Source: the human T2T-CHM13v2.0 reference genome, Homo sapiens
Direction: 5' to 3' (one strand)
Length of the DNA stretch: 64,000 nt
Assembly: GCF_009914755.1 (NCBI RefSeq)
Contig: NC_060947.1
Shown: positions 1-14,551 of the stretch, piece by piece
How positions within the stretch are numbered: the stretch's first letter is position 1
Layout of the letters: each line of letters starts with the position of its first letter
Translations under genes and position numbers: made by a program
Notes under the pieces: model-generated
Databases searched by the model: none
What the model was told of the DNA's origin: nothing
The model's input: only the letters and a program-made list of their open reading frames with translations

Positions 1-88
1 GAGGCTGTAGTGAGCTGTGACTATGCCATTGTACTCCAGCCTGGGCAAAAGAGCGAGACCCTGTCTCTAAAAAGAAAAGAAAAGAAAG
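1..88 (+). mobile_element. Alu 3' end (AluJ-like), cut by window edge
   Basis: GAGGCTGTAGTGAGCTGTGA...CCAGCCTGGGCAAAAGAGCGAGACCCTGTCTC followed by an A-rich tail. Confidence 0.9.
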
Positions 89-485
89 TGGATAAACTGT
101 GGTACATTCACACAACAGAATACTACTTAGCAAATAAACTAAATGAACTACTGGCTGCACACACAACCTAAATGAATCTCACCAATGCAGTGTTGCACAC
201 GAGAAGCCAGATTTGAGAGTCCGTACTGTATGATTCCATTTAGAGAAAGGTCAAAAACAGGCAAAATTCATCTGTGATGTTAGAAGTCTGTGTAGTGGTC
301 ACCCTTGGGGGAGGGGGAGAATAGTAACTGGGAAGGGGCATGAGGTGGGGTTCTGGGGACTTGATTATATTCAATTCCTTGTCCTGAGTGCTGGTTACAC
401 AGGTGTGCCCAATGTGTAAAAATATACTCACTGTCTGCTTATATGTATGCATTTATGTATGTATATTTTGCTTTGATTTAAAAAT
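89..485 (+). mobile_element. Old L1M 3' UTR fragment
   Basis: TGGATAAACTGTGGTACATTCA..., TACTGTATGATTCCATT...AAAACAGGCAAAA, typical of L1MB/MC/ME 3' ends. Confidence 0.75.
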
Positions 486-488
486 TAA

Positions 489-765
<277 letters not shown>

Positions 766-2703
766 TGACAATATATAGACAAGATTGGCTGTGGGTTCAC
801 GGTTACTAGGGCTGGATGAAGGGTACATGGGGGCTTATTACAGTGTTTAGTCTACTTTCAGGTGTTTTAAAAACTCTCCATAATAAAAGAAATTTTCTTA
901 GGTGACCTTATTTTAAAAATACATATTTTCCCCATGGGGGTGGGGGAGGATTGTGATTATTGTTTTTAGTTGGATGATGGGGGGATAATATCCAAATGCA
1001 TTGCCCTATACTTTTTTCTATACTAGCAAGGGTAGATTCCCTAGCTAGGCCCACTTCTCCATTTAAAGACCCTTCAATCTTTCTGTCACCTCTCTCCTCA
1101 GTTGCCCTCCACATCCCCAGGAAACTGGCCTATACATTCAGGGACAATTGTTTTCACAAGAAGAAAGCTGTCCAGAGCTTCCATTAGCTCCTATGTGTTT
1201 TTATTGATTTATACCTGCCTTGTTCCAAAGATGTATTTAAGGTTTACAAAGATGCATACAATAAAACAGCATAAAATAAATTAGCAGTAAATTAGAGCAA
1301 ATGACGTAAAGGGAAAACAAGGAGAGGAAAATAAGATGGAGCCAAGAGTGAGGTGATTACACAAAACACCTGCCATGAAACCTACTGCACTCACTGGAGA
1401 CAGAACACAAGTTTGAGGCTGAGTTCCCCAGCAGCCCAGGGGAAAAAGGAAGCCGGGTTGCACTGTGACTTATATCACTGAGCCGAGTCAGTGATATAAA
1501 AACAAAGCACAGTTGGGAGAAGCACAGTTATTCCTAACATGGAGATCAGGGAGGCAAGTTTTTGCCATAGATTATCATAAATATAGTATCACAAACAACA
1601 TTCTCACATTACACAGGGCAAAAGAACACACAAGACTGTCTTAACCTCACACCACCGTATTAGTATACTGCAACAAAAGCAATGATGCTGTTCAGGGAAA
1701 ACTATGCCGCAGTGACTAACAGGGGTCTTACACTAAGGTGGCTTCACAAGGGACAGACTCTGGAATATCTCATGCAAAATTTCTTAGCCTGGAAACCATG
1801 CACCAGGATTCAGGGGTTCAGGAATCCTTGGCACAGTAAGCAAAAGTGTGTGCATCTGTGCACTTTTTCCAGGACTGGGTCCATAGGTTTCATTGCATTC
1901 TCAAAGGTGTCAGTGAGTCCAAGAAAAGTGAAGAATTACCCACATGGAGGAAAAGCAGCAGCACACACTTCCAAACTTCTCCATAAACTGCTTCTCCCTC
2001 ACTGATGGCACATGACTTCTTAGAGTTACCAGTGAGGTGTGGAAACGAAGGTTTGACATTCAGTGAAGCTGGGGTAGGAGTCTCCTCCTATGAGGATGAG
2101 CTGATTCAGAGCCAGTCTCCAACTAGAAGGCCCCCTACCCCTGCTCAGAGAGTTGCCGGGGAGCCCCCAGGGGCTGGGTAACTTTGTGGCAATGGAGTGA
2201 TGGAGGTGCCCCCGTGGTTCCAAGCCATCAAGCAGGGTTACAATAATCTCTACTGGGGAATTTTTCTTCTAATTTGAGACAATGATAACTAAACACCCAC
2301 CTAAATCATTTTTTAAAAGTCATTAATCTCTGATCGTGTGACTTCCTAATGAATTCTCCAAGCTCAACTAGTATAAAATGTGTTCCAAGGTGACCCAGGT
2401 GATTAGCTGCTGGGGTTATAAGCCAAGCACCAGGTATAAATGGGGAATCTCTACCACCAACAATGGCTTCCAATCCAAAACAACTAAACGGTAGTTCTCC
2501 TTTCTGCCAATAATTAGATGGAAGTTGTTTATTAAAGCCATTGCTGGATGTCATTACTGATAATAACAATGGCTAGTATTTATTAAGCATGTATTACATG
2601 CCAGGCACTATATTTTCTTATGTGATCTTCAGAACAGTGCTCTGACTGGGCAGCTGACTAGCCCATCATTCCCATTTTTTTTTTATCTTTTTTTTTCTTT
2701 TTA

Positions 2704-3003
2704 AGAGATCAGGGTCTCACTGTGTTGCCCAGGCTGGAGCACAGTGAGTATTCACAGGCAAGATCCCACTACTGATCAGCACGGGAGTTTTGACCTGCTC
2801 CGTTTCCAACCTGGGCCAGTTCACCCTTTCTTAGGCAACCTCGTGGTCCCCCGCCCCTGGGAGGTCACCATATAGATGCTGAACTTAGTGTGGACACTTG
2901 ATCAGCATAGCGTGCTACAGCCCAGAAGTCCTTGGCTCAAGTGATCCTCCCACCTCAGCCTCCGGAGTAGCCAGGACCACAGGCATGCACCACTATGCCT
3001 GAC
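2704..3003 (-). pseudogene. RN7SL732P: 7SL (SRP) RNA retropseudogene, full length
   Basis: Contains the 7SL S-domain that Alu lacks (GATCCCACTACTGATCAGCACGGGAGTTTTGACCTGCTCCGTTTCC...GGGAGGTCACCATATAGATGCTGAACTTAGTG); T-rich tail 2675-2702; TSD CCCATCATT(C/G)CCATTTT at 2662-2678 and 3003-3019. Symbol is from recalled locus context. Confidence 0.93.
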
Positions 3004-3092
3004 CCATCATTGCCATTTTACAGATGGGCAATTCTAGGTTTAGAGAGGTAAAGTAATTTTCACAAAGTCAAAATGTAAGCCAAGATTTTTCT

Positions 3093-4394
<1,302 letters not shown>

Positions 4395-4599
4395 AGCCAA
4401 GATTTTTCTGACTTACCTGTCTTTGGCCTTAACCACTACACTGTGACATTTATGAATATGAAACTTTCAGCTCACCAGCAGTGGTATCAAAAGGTTAAGA
4501 AATGAGTTTAAAAGGTGGGGAGAGGCAGTGGTAAGGGAGAAGAAAGTATTGCTTTATGCCCCTGAAAATACTTCTCATATCCATTAGAAGGCCGTTCTC

Positions 4600-5450
4600 C
4601 CTGTTTCAATGGTCTATTGCTGTATAGCAAACCACCCTAAAACGTGGAGGCATATGTAGGGGAGAAAAGATTTCTTTTCTCATTCATCACTGGGTTCATG
4701 GATGAGGCACCTAAAACAAGATCGATTAACAAGAGAAAAGCATACAAATGTATTTCATATACGTTTTACGTGACATGAGAGTACTCAGAAATGAAAACCC
4801 AAAGAAATGGGTAAACTTGCAAATTTTTATGCTTAGGTTTGATGACGAGGTGGCTGGTCATGGAGAAGTATGATTGCACAAAGAATGTATGATCCAATGG
4901 TAGTAAACTGGGGTGGGGAGAGGAACTTCGCAAGCCTGTTTATTCAGGTTCCTCTCTGCGTCCCTGTGTCTTCAGACATAAAGAAGTTCCTTTCTGTTGG
5001 CTATTGAAAGGGTACCACCTCTCACATGAGGGTCTTATGACCTGCTTCATGGAAAAGTCAAAAAAGTATTTTCCAGGTTTTATGGCCTGCTTCAGGGGAA
5101 AAGGTTGGGAGAAGATCAGAAAGTCCTACCTGCTTCTGTAGTTTTCTCAAATGCCAAGGTGCCATATTTTGGAGTAGTGGGTCCTGAACCCCATCCCATA
5201 AAACAACAATTTATGATAGCCTCTCATAGTTCTGTGGATTGACTGGGCTCAGGTGGGTGGCTCTTGCTTGGGGTCTCTCATGCAGTTGCAGTCAGGAACT
5301 GGCCAGGGCTGGATTCCTCTGGAGATTCAACTGGGCTGGACATCCAAGATGGTGCCTGCACAGGCGCTGGCAGTTGACAACAGCTGTCATCTGGGAAGTC
5401 AGCTGTCTACCAGAGTGCCAACACCTGGACTTTCCATGTGACTTGGGCTG
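4600..5450 (-). mobile_element. MLT1 (MaLR) LTR, interrupted by an ERV1 LTR
   Basis: TCTATTGCTGTATAGCAAACCACCCTAAAAC...AAAACAACAATTTATGATAGCCTCTCATAGTTCTGTGG...GCAGTTGCAGTCAG. Confidence 0.7.
4655..5196 (-). mobile_element. ERV1 solo LTR (MER31/MER67 group)
   Basis: TGTAGGGGAGAAAAG...GATTAACAAGAGAAAAGCATACAAA...GTGCCATATTTTGGAGTAG; 4-bp TSD CATA at 4651-4654 and 5197-5200. Confidence 0.8.
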
Positions 5451-5993
5451 TGAAATTTGAATTTCAGATAAACAATTAATAATTTTTTTAGTATAAGTTT
5501 GTCCCGGCCATGCACAGTGGCTCACACCTGCAATCACAGCACTGTAGGAGGCTGAGATGGGCGGATTTCTTGAGCTCAGGAGTTTGAGACCAGCCTGGGC
5601 AACACAAGGAAACCTCATTTCTACAAAAAATACAAAAATTAGCTGGGTGTGGTGACACATGCCTGGAGTCCCAGTCACTGGGGAGGCTGCGGTGGGAGGA
5701 TTGCTTGAGCCCACAAGGTTGAAGCTGCAGTGAGCCGGGGCCGCATCACCGCACTCCATCCTGGGTGACAAAATGAGACCCTCTCTCAAAAAGAAAAAAA
5801 AAAAAAGAAAAAAAGAAAAAAAAGTTTGTCCCAAATATTACACAGGACATACTCATACTTAAAAAAAAAATCATTGTTTATCTGCAATTCAAACTGGGGA
5901 ACTGGGGACATATTTATACTTAAAAATTCTATAATGTATCTGAAATTCAAATTTAACTAAGAGTCTTGTATTTTTCTTTATCTGGTAACCCTA
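5451..5993. mobile_element. MER53 palindromic hAT MITE, interrupted by an Alu
   Basis: AAATTTGAATTTCAGATAAACAA...TAGTATAAGT.TGTCCC / GGACATACTCATACT...TATCTGAAATTCAAATTTAACT...ATCTGGTAACCCTA. Confidence 0.75.
5506..5821 (+). mobile_element. Alu (J-like)
   Basis: Dimeric Alu; TSD AAGTTTGTCCC at 5495-5505 and 5822-5832. Confidence 0.95.
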
Positions 5994-6058
5994 CCTAGGA
6001 AACCATTTTTCTACCATTCTCAACTATTCGTGGTTTGCGTGGAGTCAGCCTTAACATC

Positions 6059-7048
6059 TGTATTCATCTTCTCTTGCTATGTAACAAATTTTCAGAAACA
6101 GTGGCCAGCTCACAGTTTCATGGGTCAGAAGTGGCTCAGCCGGATTCTCTGCTTAGAGCACTTAGCACATTAGGCTAAAATCCAGGTGTCAACAGGGCTG
6201 TGTTCCTTTCTGGAAAATCTGGGAAAGAATGCACTTCCAAACTCACTCAGGTTGTTGAGAGAATGCAGTTTCTCCTCACATTTTCCACGTGGTCCCCTCC
6301 ATCTTAAAGTCAACAAGGGCACTTGGAGTTATTCTTGTGCTTTTATTTTTTTATGATTTTTTCTTCTCTTTTCTCTTCTGCCACCAGCCAGAGAAAGTTC
6401 TCTGCTTTTAAGGGTTCGTGTGATTAGATTAGGCCCACTCAGATAATCTCCCTTTTTAAAGATCAGCTGTGCTATATAACATAACACAACCATGGGAGTG
6501 AAATCTCATCACATTTACAGTTTCCAAGGCGTAAGGGGTATCTTCGTTCTTTTGCATCGCCGTAAAGGGATTCCTGAAGCTGGGTAGTTTATAAAGAAAA
6601 GAGGTTTGTTTGGCTCACAGTTCTGCAGGCTGTACAAGAAGCATGGCTCCAGCAGCTGCTTCTGATGAGGCCTCAGGCTGCTTCCACTCATGGCTGAAGA
6701 TGAAGGGGAGCCAAGGTATGCCAAGACCATGTGACAAAAGAGGAAGCAAGGGGGGTGGGGTAGAGGTGCCCGGCTTTATTTAACAATCAGCTTTCGTGGG
6801 AACTCAGACAGCAAGAACTCACTCATTACAGTGAGGACAACACCAACACCAAGCCATTCATGAGGGATCCAGCCCCATGACCCAGACACCCCCCACCAGG
6901 TCCCACCTCCAGCACTGGGGGTCACATTTCCACATGAGATTTAGAGGGGCCAAATAAACTATATCTATATCCAAAATATATCCATATCCAAACTATAACA
7001 TGGGACATGGGGTCTTGGGGGCCATTCTTAGAAATTCTGCCTGTCACA
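6059..7048 (-). mobile_element. MLT1 (D-like) LTR with a nested MST LTR at ~6539-7000
   Basis: MLT1: CAGGGCTGTGTTCCTTTCTGG, GATTAGATTAGGCCCAC; MST: AAAGAAAAGAGGTTTGTTTGGCTCACAGTTCTGCAGGCTGTACAAGAAGCATGG...CCAAACTATAACA. Confidence 0.8.
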
Positions 7049-7530
7049 CCCCCAGACCTAGGGGTAGGCCCTGAGAGTCTTAAGCCGATGGATGCTTCTG
7101 ATGTCCACCTGAAGCCAATGGTGACTGGTGTAGGGATTGGCATGTAATCCAATCAGAGCCAATGAGATGGAAGAACATGTTTGCCCAGGATTGAGGGAAA
7201 GAATGTTTTCTCTTCCACAGGATTGGGCGCTACCTGGATATAGGTCTGGAGGCACCACCATCTGAAGACCATGATGGGTGGGCTGGAAGCTAGCAGGGAC
7301 AACCACAGAGAGCTTGACAGGGAGCCTGCCCAAGGGAGCAAAGCCGAAAACTGGGTTGGTAATGTCATCACAGGGCTAACTCAGGCCACTCCAGGACCCT
7401 ACTCTACCTGTTTACTTGTAATTCACGGGGGACAGAATGAGGGTGGAAAGGGTGTTGTACAATCCCCTTCATGCCTAAGAAGCTTTAGTAGGTTTTTCCT
7501 ATCATCTGCACATCTGCAACTGAAACATTC

Positions 7531-8089
7531 ATATATATATTTGTTTTATTATAAGTGTGCAAAGATCTTTACGCATTGGGCAAAATAGCCATTTCTTTAT
7601 GAGAATAGTTCCTCAAACTCACTCTTGCAACCACCATCCATCAAGACACAGGAAAAAGGAATGCAGGGATTTAGGAATGCTATACTTGCTTCTCTTCAAC
7701 TTCAGCAGCAAAAGTAGGAACGTTCTCAAGATGCTCCTGACAATAATTATGTTGTCCTAAGCAATAGGATGTTGGAGAGTATGGAGGCCTGATGCACAGG
7801 CCTTCAAGTTCTCAAAGTGTTTCATCTTCTCAGTTCAGGCACAATGTTCTCGGTGAAACCATGCCAGGCACAGGAGCATCCTCTTCACCCGATTGGGTAC
7901 ACAGGGCCGACCAAAAATGGTGATTTCCACTAGGTTCCCAGAGTCCACTATGCCCACTGTCAGCAGGGCCTGGATCATCCACTCCATTTCTAGAGTTATG
8001 GCTCCATCTGGGCCAAAGATCTCATCCGCCAGCCATGCCTCCAGGTAGAACACCAAAGGGTCTCTCAGTTCCTGCACCGGAAACCACCC
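7531..8089 (-). pseudogene. 5'-truncated processed pseudogene of OOEP (KH-like oocyte-expressed protein, KHDC1/DPPA5/KHDC3L/OOEP family)
   Basis: Translation [108 protein letters not shown] matches OOEP as recalled; premature TGA 7835-7837; terminal stop 7757-7759; AATAAA 7545-7550; TSD GAAACATTC at 7522-7530 and 8090-8098. Confidence 0.9.
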
Positions 8090-8761
8090 GAAACATTCTT
8101 AACTGATACAAGAGTGATGTCACTAACCTGTGTGCAGCATTTCTGGCTCTTGGTAGACAATTTCAAACTTGGTAGACGATATCAAACAAGTGCCAGATGA
8201 GTCTCTCAGTTACAAAAATGCAGGTGTGAACCTGTGCTAGGTTACTGGTAATCCAACAGCAGGAAAATTTCTCCCAAATAACTCCCAGAGAGCATCAGGT
8301 CTCCAATAGTTTTGTGAAGACTGACCCCCTAATTTTTCTAACCTCTTCAGGTGAGCAGCCAGGCTGACTCAAAGGTTAACAAGAGAAAAAGCAATGTGCT
8401 TGGCCTAACTCATTGTCACCTGCCCTTTCTGGAACTTTCTCATGTCTTTCAATTACCTGCCCATTCACTTTTCCAGGACTTTGTCAGGAAAAAAGTTCCT
8501 GTGGAACTTTAGCCTGGTGTTACAGCTCTGCCAGTACCTATGGGCATTGACAGCTCTGGGGGAGAGGGGTGTCTTTAAACAACATAAAACAGCAGGGACT
8601 CTTGGAGTCCTGAAACCTCATCTCTAAATAACTAGGTTCTCTATCTCCCCAAGATAGGAAGGACTTTGGTCAGTGGAATTCACTTTCATTGAGCAGCTAG
8701 TAGGTGTCAGAGACTACATGATAGTGATAACACAAACACACAAAATACTATATACACATAA

Positions 8762-8896
8762 GGCCGGGTGTGGTGGCTCTCACCTATAATCCTAGCACTT
8801 TGGGAGGCCAAGGCAGGAGGATCACTTGAGCCCAGGAGATAGAGACCAGCCTGGGCAACACAGCAAGACTCCCTCTTTACCAAGAGTAAAAATTAA
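8762..8896 (+). mobile_element. FLAM (Alu left monomer) inserted in a MIR
   Basis: Monomeric Alu; 18-bp TSD AAAATACTATATACACAT at 8742-8759 and 8897-8914. Confidence 0.9.
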
Positions 8897-9116
8897 AAAA
8901 TACTATATACACATGCACATTTTGAATCCTACAGCATCTGAGTGAGGAAGGGGTATGTTTTCACTCCTTTTAAAGATGAGAAAATTGAGATTCAGATAGG
9001 TAACTTAACTTGCCTCAGGACCCAAAGCAAGTGGGGAAAAGAGGCAGGATTCACACAGGTGGCCACCTAACTTCAGGCAGTACGCTCCAGTACCTGGCCC
9101 TGAGCTGGGCGAATGA

Positions 9117-9473
<357 letters not shown>

Positions 9474-9489
9474 AATTGTGTGGTTTTAA

Positions 9490-9830
9490 TCCTTCCAATA
9501 ATCCTGAAAAACTAGGTATCATTAACATTGGCCCCATTTTACAGATGAGGAAACTGCTTACAGAGTAGCTTTTTCAATGTCACAAAATGAGTACAGAGTT
9601 AGAGTTTGAGCCTAGGGCTTGTAGATGCGAGGAGAGAGGCTCAGAGCAGAACTGGGCAGAAACTTGGAGTCAGAAATCTGATAATACTCTGGTGTCATTC
9701 ACTCACCCATTTATCAATTCACTCATTTGTGCATCTAGTTATTTATTGAGCACCCCTTGTGTGTTATGCTGTGAGAAAGGCTCATACCACTGAACTTTGC
9801 TCTCAAGAGATTTATAATCTATCGAGACAG
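9490..9830 (-). mobile_element. MIR and L2 fragments
   Basis: CCCCATTTTACAGATGAGGAAACT (MIR core); TCATTCACTCA...TATTTATTGAGCACC (L2 3' end). Confidence 0.65.
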
Positions 9831-10510
9831 ATGATTTTTTTTGTGCGTGCCCAAAAAGAACATTCTAGCAGGGGGTGTGGCAGGAGCAGAATCCAGAAAC
9901 AGAGCAATGGCAGAGTTCATTGCGGGGAACCGAACCGACCCCACTTTCAGTATTTCAACAGAAAGCAATTTAATACAGAGAATTGAATGTTAACCACATC
10001 ATTGAAAGAGCTGTGGAGAAGACACTTAGGCTGGCCCTCCAGAAATGACCCCCAGGACTGACCCTCCAGGGGAGCCACTCCCTCAGCCACAATCAGAAAA
10101 CTGGGAATCAGAAGTTGCCAGTGGGACTAAGGAGTTCGAGAACATAGCCAGAGCCATAATCTAAGGATCAAAAAGCTGCTGGTACCCAGTTCAGGAAACT
10201 GGAGTGCAAAGCCTGGCTGCTGCCACTGCGTCTCACCACCTACAAACTGGACATTGGACTACTACCACAGAAAATTCCACATCTCTACAACCTTGCTTGC
10301 ATTCAAAAGGCCAGCCAAAGGTACAGAAATATGACCTCCACCTCACTTCCATCTCCCAAATCTCTGTCAGTCACAGCACACACCTCTGCTTGGTAGAAAC
10401 TATTCTGCATCCTGAACCCTAGTTGCGAGGGAGTCTGGGGAAAGTGGTGTTTTAGCTTCTGCTCTTCAGGAAGGCACACAGATGGAGGTGGGAGCCAAGC
10501 CCTGACAGTC

Positions 10511-10711
10511 GATAGTGAGCTGGTGAACCGCCCCCACCCCTCGAAAAGAAAAAAAACCCGATGTGTAGCAGTTGCCAATTTCAATGGTGTAAATACTCTC
10601 ATGATGGCTAATTTTAAGCTACCAATGTGATGTCACTGAACTGAGAGTTGGAAAGAGGTATGTAAAATTGGCTTTCACAATTCAGTACAAACCGGCTCCA
10701 GCACACCACCG
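10511..10711 (-). mobile_element. MER63A-like hAT-Blackjack element
   Basis: TTGCCAATTTCAATGGTGTAAATACTC...GATGTCACTGAAC...CCGGCTCCAGCACACCAC. Confidence 0.75.
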
Positions 10712-10918
10712 CTAACAGATCATATCCAGTTTATGTCTGAGGCAATGGGGAGAGGAGATGGAATGAGAGAAGGATTTAGGATGCTTTGTTTGTTCCAAAT
10801 TAAGTAAAGTCGAATTTCCCACTCTTGTTCCACATTGCCCCGTTGACGGCTGCCTTACCACCTTACTCTGTGGGTTATGCTGGCTTCTTTCTCAGTGCTA
10901 AGAAACTGATCTGTGTGA

Positions 10919-11353
<435 letters not shown>

Positions 11354-13196
11354 TTAAGTTTCGTCATTCTCCATTTTCCCCCAAATGTTTGCAAGATGGC
11401 AACACCAGGGAAGTGGAGGACACTAAGTGACAAGAGCCAATAAGGAGGCCACTTGCTGATCAGTGTGAAGGAGAGAATCTTTCGGGCCCTTCCTTTTTTT
11501 GCAGCGGAGGGGAGCTTTTGTTTATATTTAGTTAGAGAAAAATCCTCAAGCTCAACCACTGTGAATTATTGAACCAAAGATAAACTTCAAAAGGAGCCAG
11601 CCCCCTTCAAAAAGGAGCGTGAAAGACACTGGGAAAGAGAAAAAAAATGATAACAAAAAAAATAAGGATCTCAATTTAAATTGGTTCTGTGCATACAGGG
11701 AAAGAAGGAGGTGGCTTTATTTTTTAACTAAAAAAAAAAAACAAACACTTGGTGGCTGGAGCAAGAGTTAACTCAGGACCAGATGGGACATGGCTGGGGC
11801 CTCCCAGCGGAGCTCGAGCTAAGAGATATGGCCTGGCCTCCTTAGAAAGTTCTAATTGGCTTAGGCCAACAGTAGTGTGGGAACACGAAGGGGTGGGGGG
11901 TGGGGGTGCCATATATAAAAGTTACAGGACAGTTCATCTACCTCAAGTGTCTTACAAGAGCACACCTCTTGAATTTTAACGACTGGAGTTACGACTGGGC
12001 AATTAACCCCATGCACAGTCGCCCTCCACCCAAGACAGCCAGAGACAAAAGGCAGAGATGCTAACAGGCTCTCTGGGGTCAATAGAGTCAGGCTTTCACC
12101 CTCTTCCTGGGCAGAAGGAAACGGCTTTTCTTTTCATACCAGGGTCTCCAAAAAAGAAAGCACACACTCAAAAGAACTGCTGTATAACTTATTGTTTTAT
12201 AAAAACCCATTCTCTTTCTTTCAAATGTACTGTAATTTTAAATGTTTAGAGAACAAGTGGTAAAAATCCTTTTAAAAATCTGAAAGACCTGAAGCAAGCT
12301 TTAAGCTGCTAGGAGCATTGGCTATTTACCCAATAATAATTAGCCATTCAAGGCAAAAATCACTTTTCTACCCAGGCCAGGAAACAGTGGGGGAATGAGT
12401 TACTGAATGAAGTTTAGAGCATAGTTTCCGAGGAACTGCTGTCTCGAGTTTATGCAACACCTTGGAAATGAGTAGTATTTTGCTATTTGGCCCCCACTCC
12501 AATCCAGCCCCGTTCCTTTCTGACCAAGGCAGAAAAAAATACAGTGGGGACAGCCTGTACCTGAGAAAGCCCATAGGCGCTGGGGGCAGCTATTGCTCTT
12601 TGTAAAAAAAAAAGGGTGACAAAGGTGTGAGTGGATCACTAGGATGGAATTAAGATGCCCTAATTTCAAATAGAGTGGCTTCCGATGTCCAAGCTGCCAG
12701 GAAAGCAGTTGCAGAGACAGAAGGGATAAGAGCATGTATAATCCCAAAGCTCTAGGGAGAGAGAGAGAGAGAAAAAAAAAGAAAAAATTTATTAAGTTAA
12801 GTTGTGACCCTAAAGCTCTCAAGTCATGTGGCACAAGGTATGGGCTCTCTAGTCCCTTTTCAAAGGCTTACTTGAGCTTGTCTCTCTTGGTTATATACAA
12901 CCATAGATGGCTATGTGGGGTTTAGTTAAATAATTTATGTGATTGTTTTTAATAGAAAGTTCACTCCTTATAGGAAAATCAATAATGGCTACATCGTGTC
13001 CTACTTTTGTGCAGGCGTGAGTTGAATCTATTCCCTTGGACCCCCGCTGCCCATGATGGGTGTTCAGCTAGGAGGGTTGGCACTCCAAGCTGGAGGACAA
13101 ATACTGAGGAGAAATAGGCAGAGGAGAGAGACTTGTTCCCAGCCAGGAGCAAGTCTTGCAAAACTAAACCTTTTGAGCATTAGCCATATGACCATG

Positions 13197-14015
13197 CAGG
13201 ACCAGCTCTGTGGGCAAGCCAATAGTGCAGTCACAGGGCTCCCACGCTCAGAAAGGTCTGGTACTTGGGGTTTCATGCCCTGTGGTGAATCATTCTCTCT
13301 TTTGTAAGTGAAGTCCAATGGGGCAGTGGAACATGATCTGGGAGCTTGGAGCCTCAGCTCATACAGGGTCCCACCTCTCGCACTTCCCAGCCTCCTTAGG
13401 ATAGGTTTTTGGCAGCCTGCTCCCCATCCTCTGGTGTCCCGACCCTGCCCATCCTCTGGTGTCCCGACCCTGCCCAGCCTCTCCCTCCCTGCCTACCCAC
13501 CTAGCAACCACTGGGGCTCTCTTCCCCGGGGGGAGGGTCAGGGTGGCACCCCCAGAATTGGCATCCAGCAGGCCACTTGGCCTGGAGCAAGCCCTTCACC
13601 TGCTCCTATCCTAGCCATGAGGTTGCCATCCCTTAGGGGTCACCCCTCCCTTATGGGTGGGGGCAGCTTTCCTCTGGGAAGGGAAAATTGACTTTCCTGC
13701 CCTGAGCCATGACATCAAGGCCTGCAGGTCTGGCTGGAGAAAGGAGGGACCCAGCAGGTGGCAGGGTGAGTGCAGAATCTTGAGGCAGGACCCCCAGGCA
13801 GTTTTGAGGGTCCTCGCTTGCACCAAGAGTATCCCATACCCAAAGGAATATGACATTAGGTAGCAAGTACTGGTTGAGAGAAAGAGACCACAGAAGAAAG
13901 GAAAATGTTTTATATTTTAGTACCTTTAATGGCACGTTTTTCCCCCTACATTTTGAGCAGGGGTCCCTGAATTTTCATTTTGTACTGGGTCCCCCAAATT
14001 ATATAGCTAGCCCTG
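13197..14015 (+). mobile_element. Long MER45-family hAT-Tip100 element
   Basis: Ends CAGGACCAGCT...GTGCAGTCACAGGGCTCCCACGCTCAGAA and TTTTCATTTTGTACTGGGTCCCCCAAATTATATAGCTAGCCCTG; degenerate 8-bp TSD TGACCATG/TCACCATA. Confidence 0.75.
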
Positions 14016-14175
14016 TCACCATATTTTACTCATATTTTGCTTCTGAGGACTCACCTGAACTCATCATTTGCATCACTTACACATCTCTCATTTGTATTAG
14101 GCCCCCTGGCCTGGGGAGTAAGTGTTGCCCAGCCTAAGCCCTGACTTAGGCTGAGCAACCCAAGCAGGTTACCTG

Positions 14176-14368
14176 CCCTGTGGTGAGCTGGTGAACAACT
14201 GACAAAACGTTCTCCAGGGTCTAATAGCTCTGACTGGTAGCATTTGCCCATTTCTGTGGTGTAAAGATTCCCACCATAGCTGACTTCAAGCCACTAATAC
14301 CACAGTGCTGAGATGCACACCATCTGCTCTGGTGTGCAGGTAGGAGCTGGTTCCAACATGAAACATGG
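14176..14368 (-). mobile_element. MER63A-like element
   Basis: GTAGCATTTGCCCATTTCTGTGGTGTAAAGATTCCCACCATAGCTGACTTCAAGC. Confidence 0.65.
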
Positions 14369-14551
14369 GCTCCAAATCTTCAAAGCATTAAACCAGGACC
14401 ATAGGAACAGAGGGGGAACCTCAGAGGTTAGGAGACTTTGGCAGAGAGATAATAAAGCAAAAAGATCTTCTCCTAGATGGAAGGCTTTCCATCTTGGCAA
14501 ACCTTGATTCCACATTGGTATCACCTTGGGAGCTTTAAAAACCCACATACC

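Noticed and set aside
1470-1499. loxP/dif-like recombinase site
   Set aside because: Only the arm-spacer geometry is similar; the sequence does not match and no recombinase context exists.
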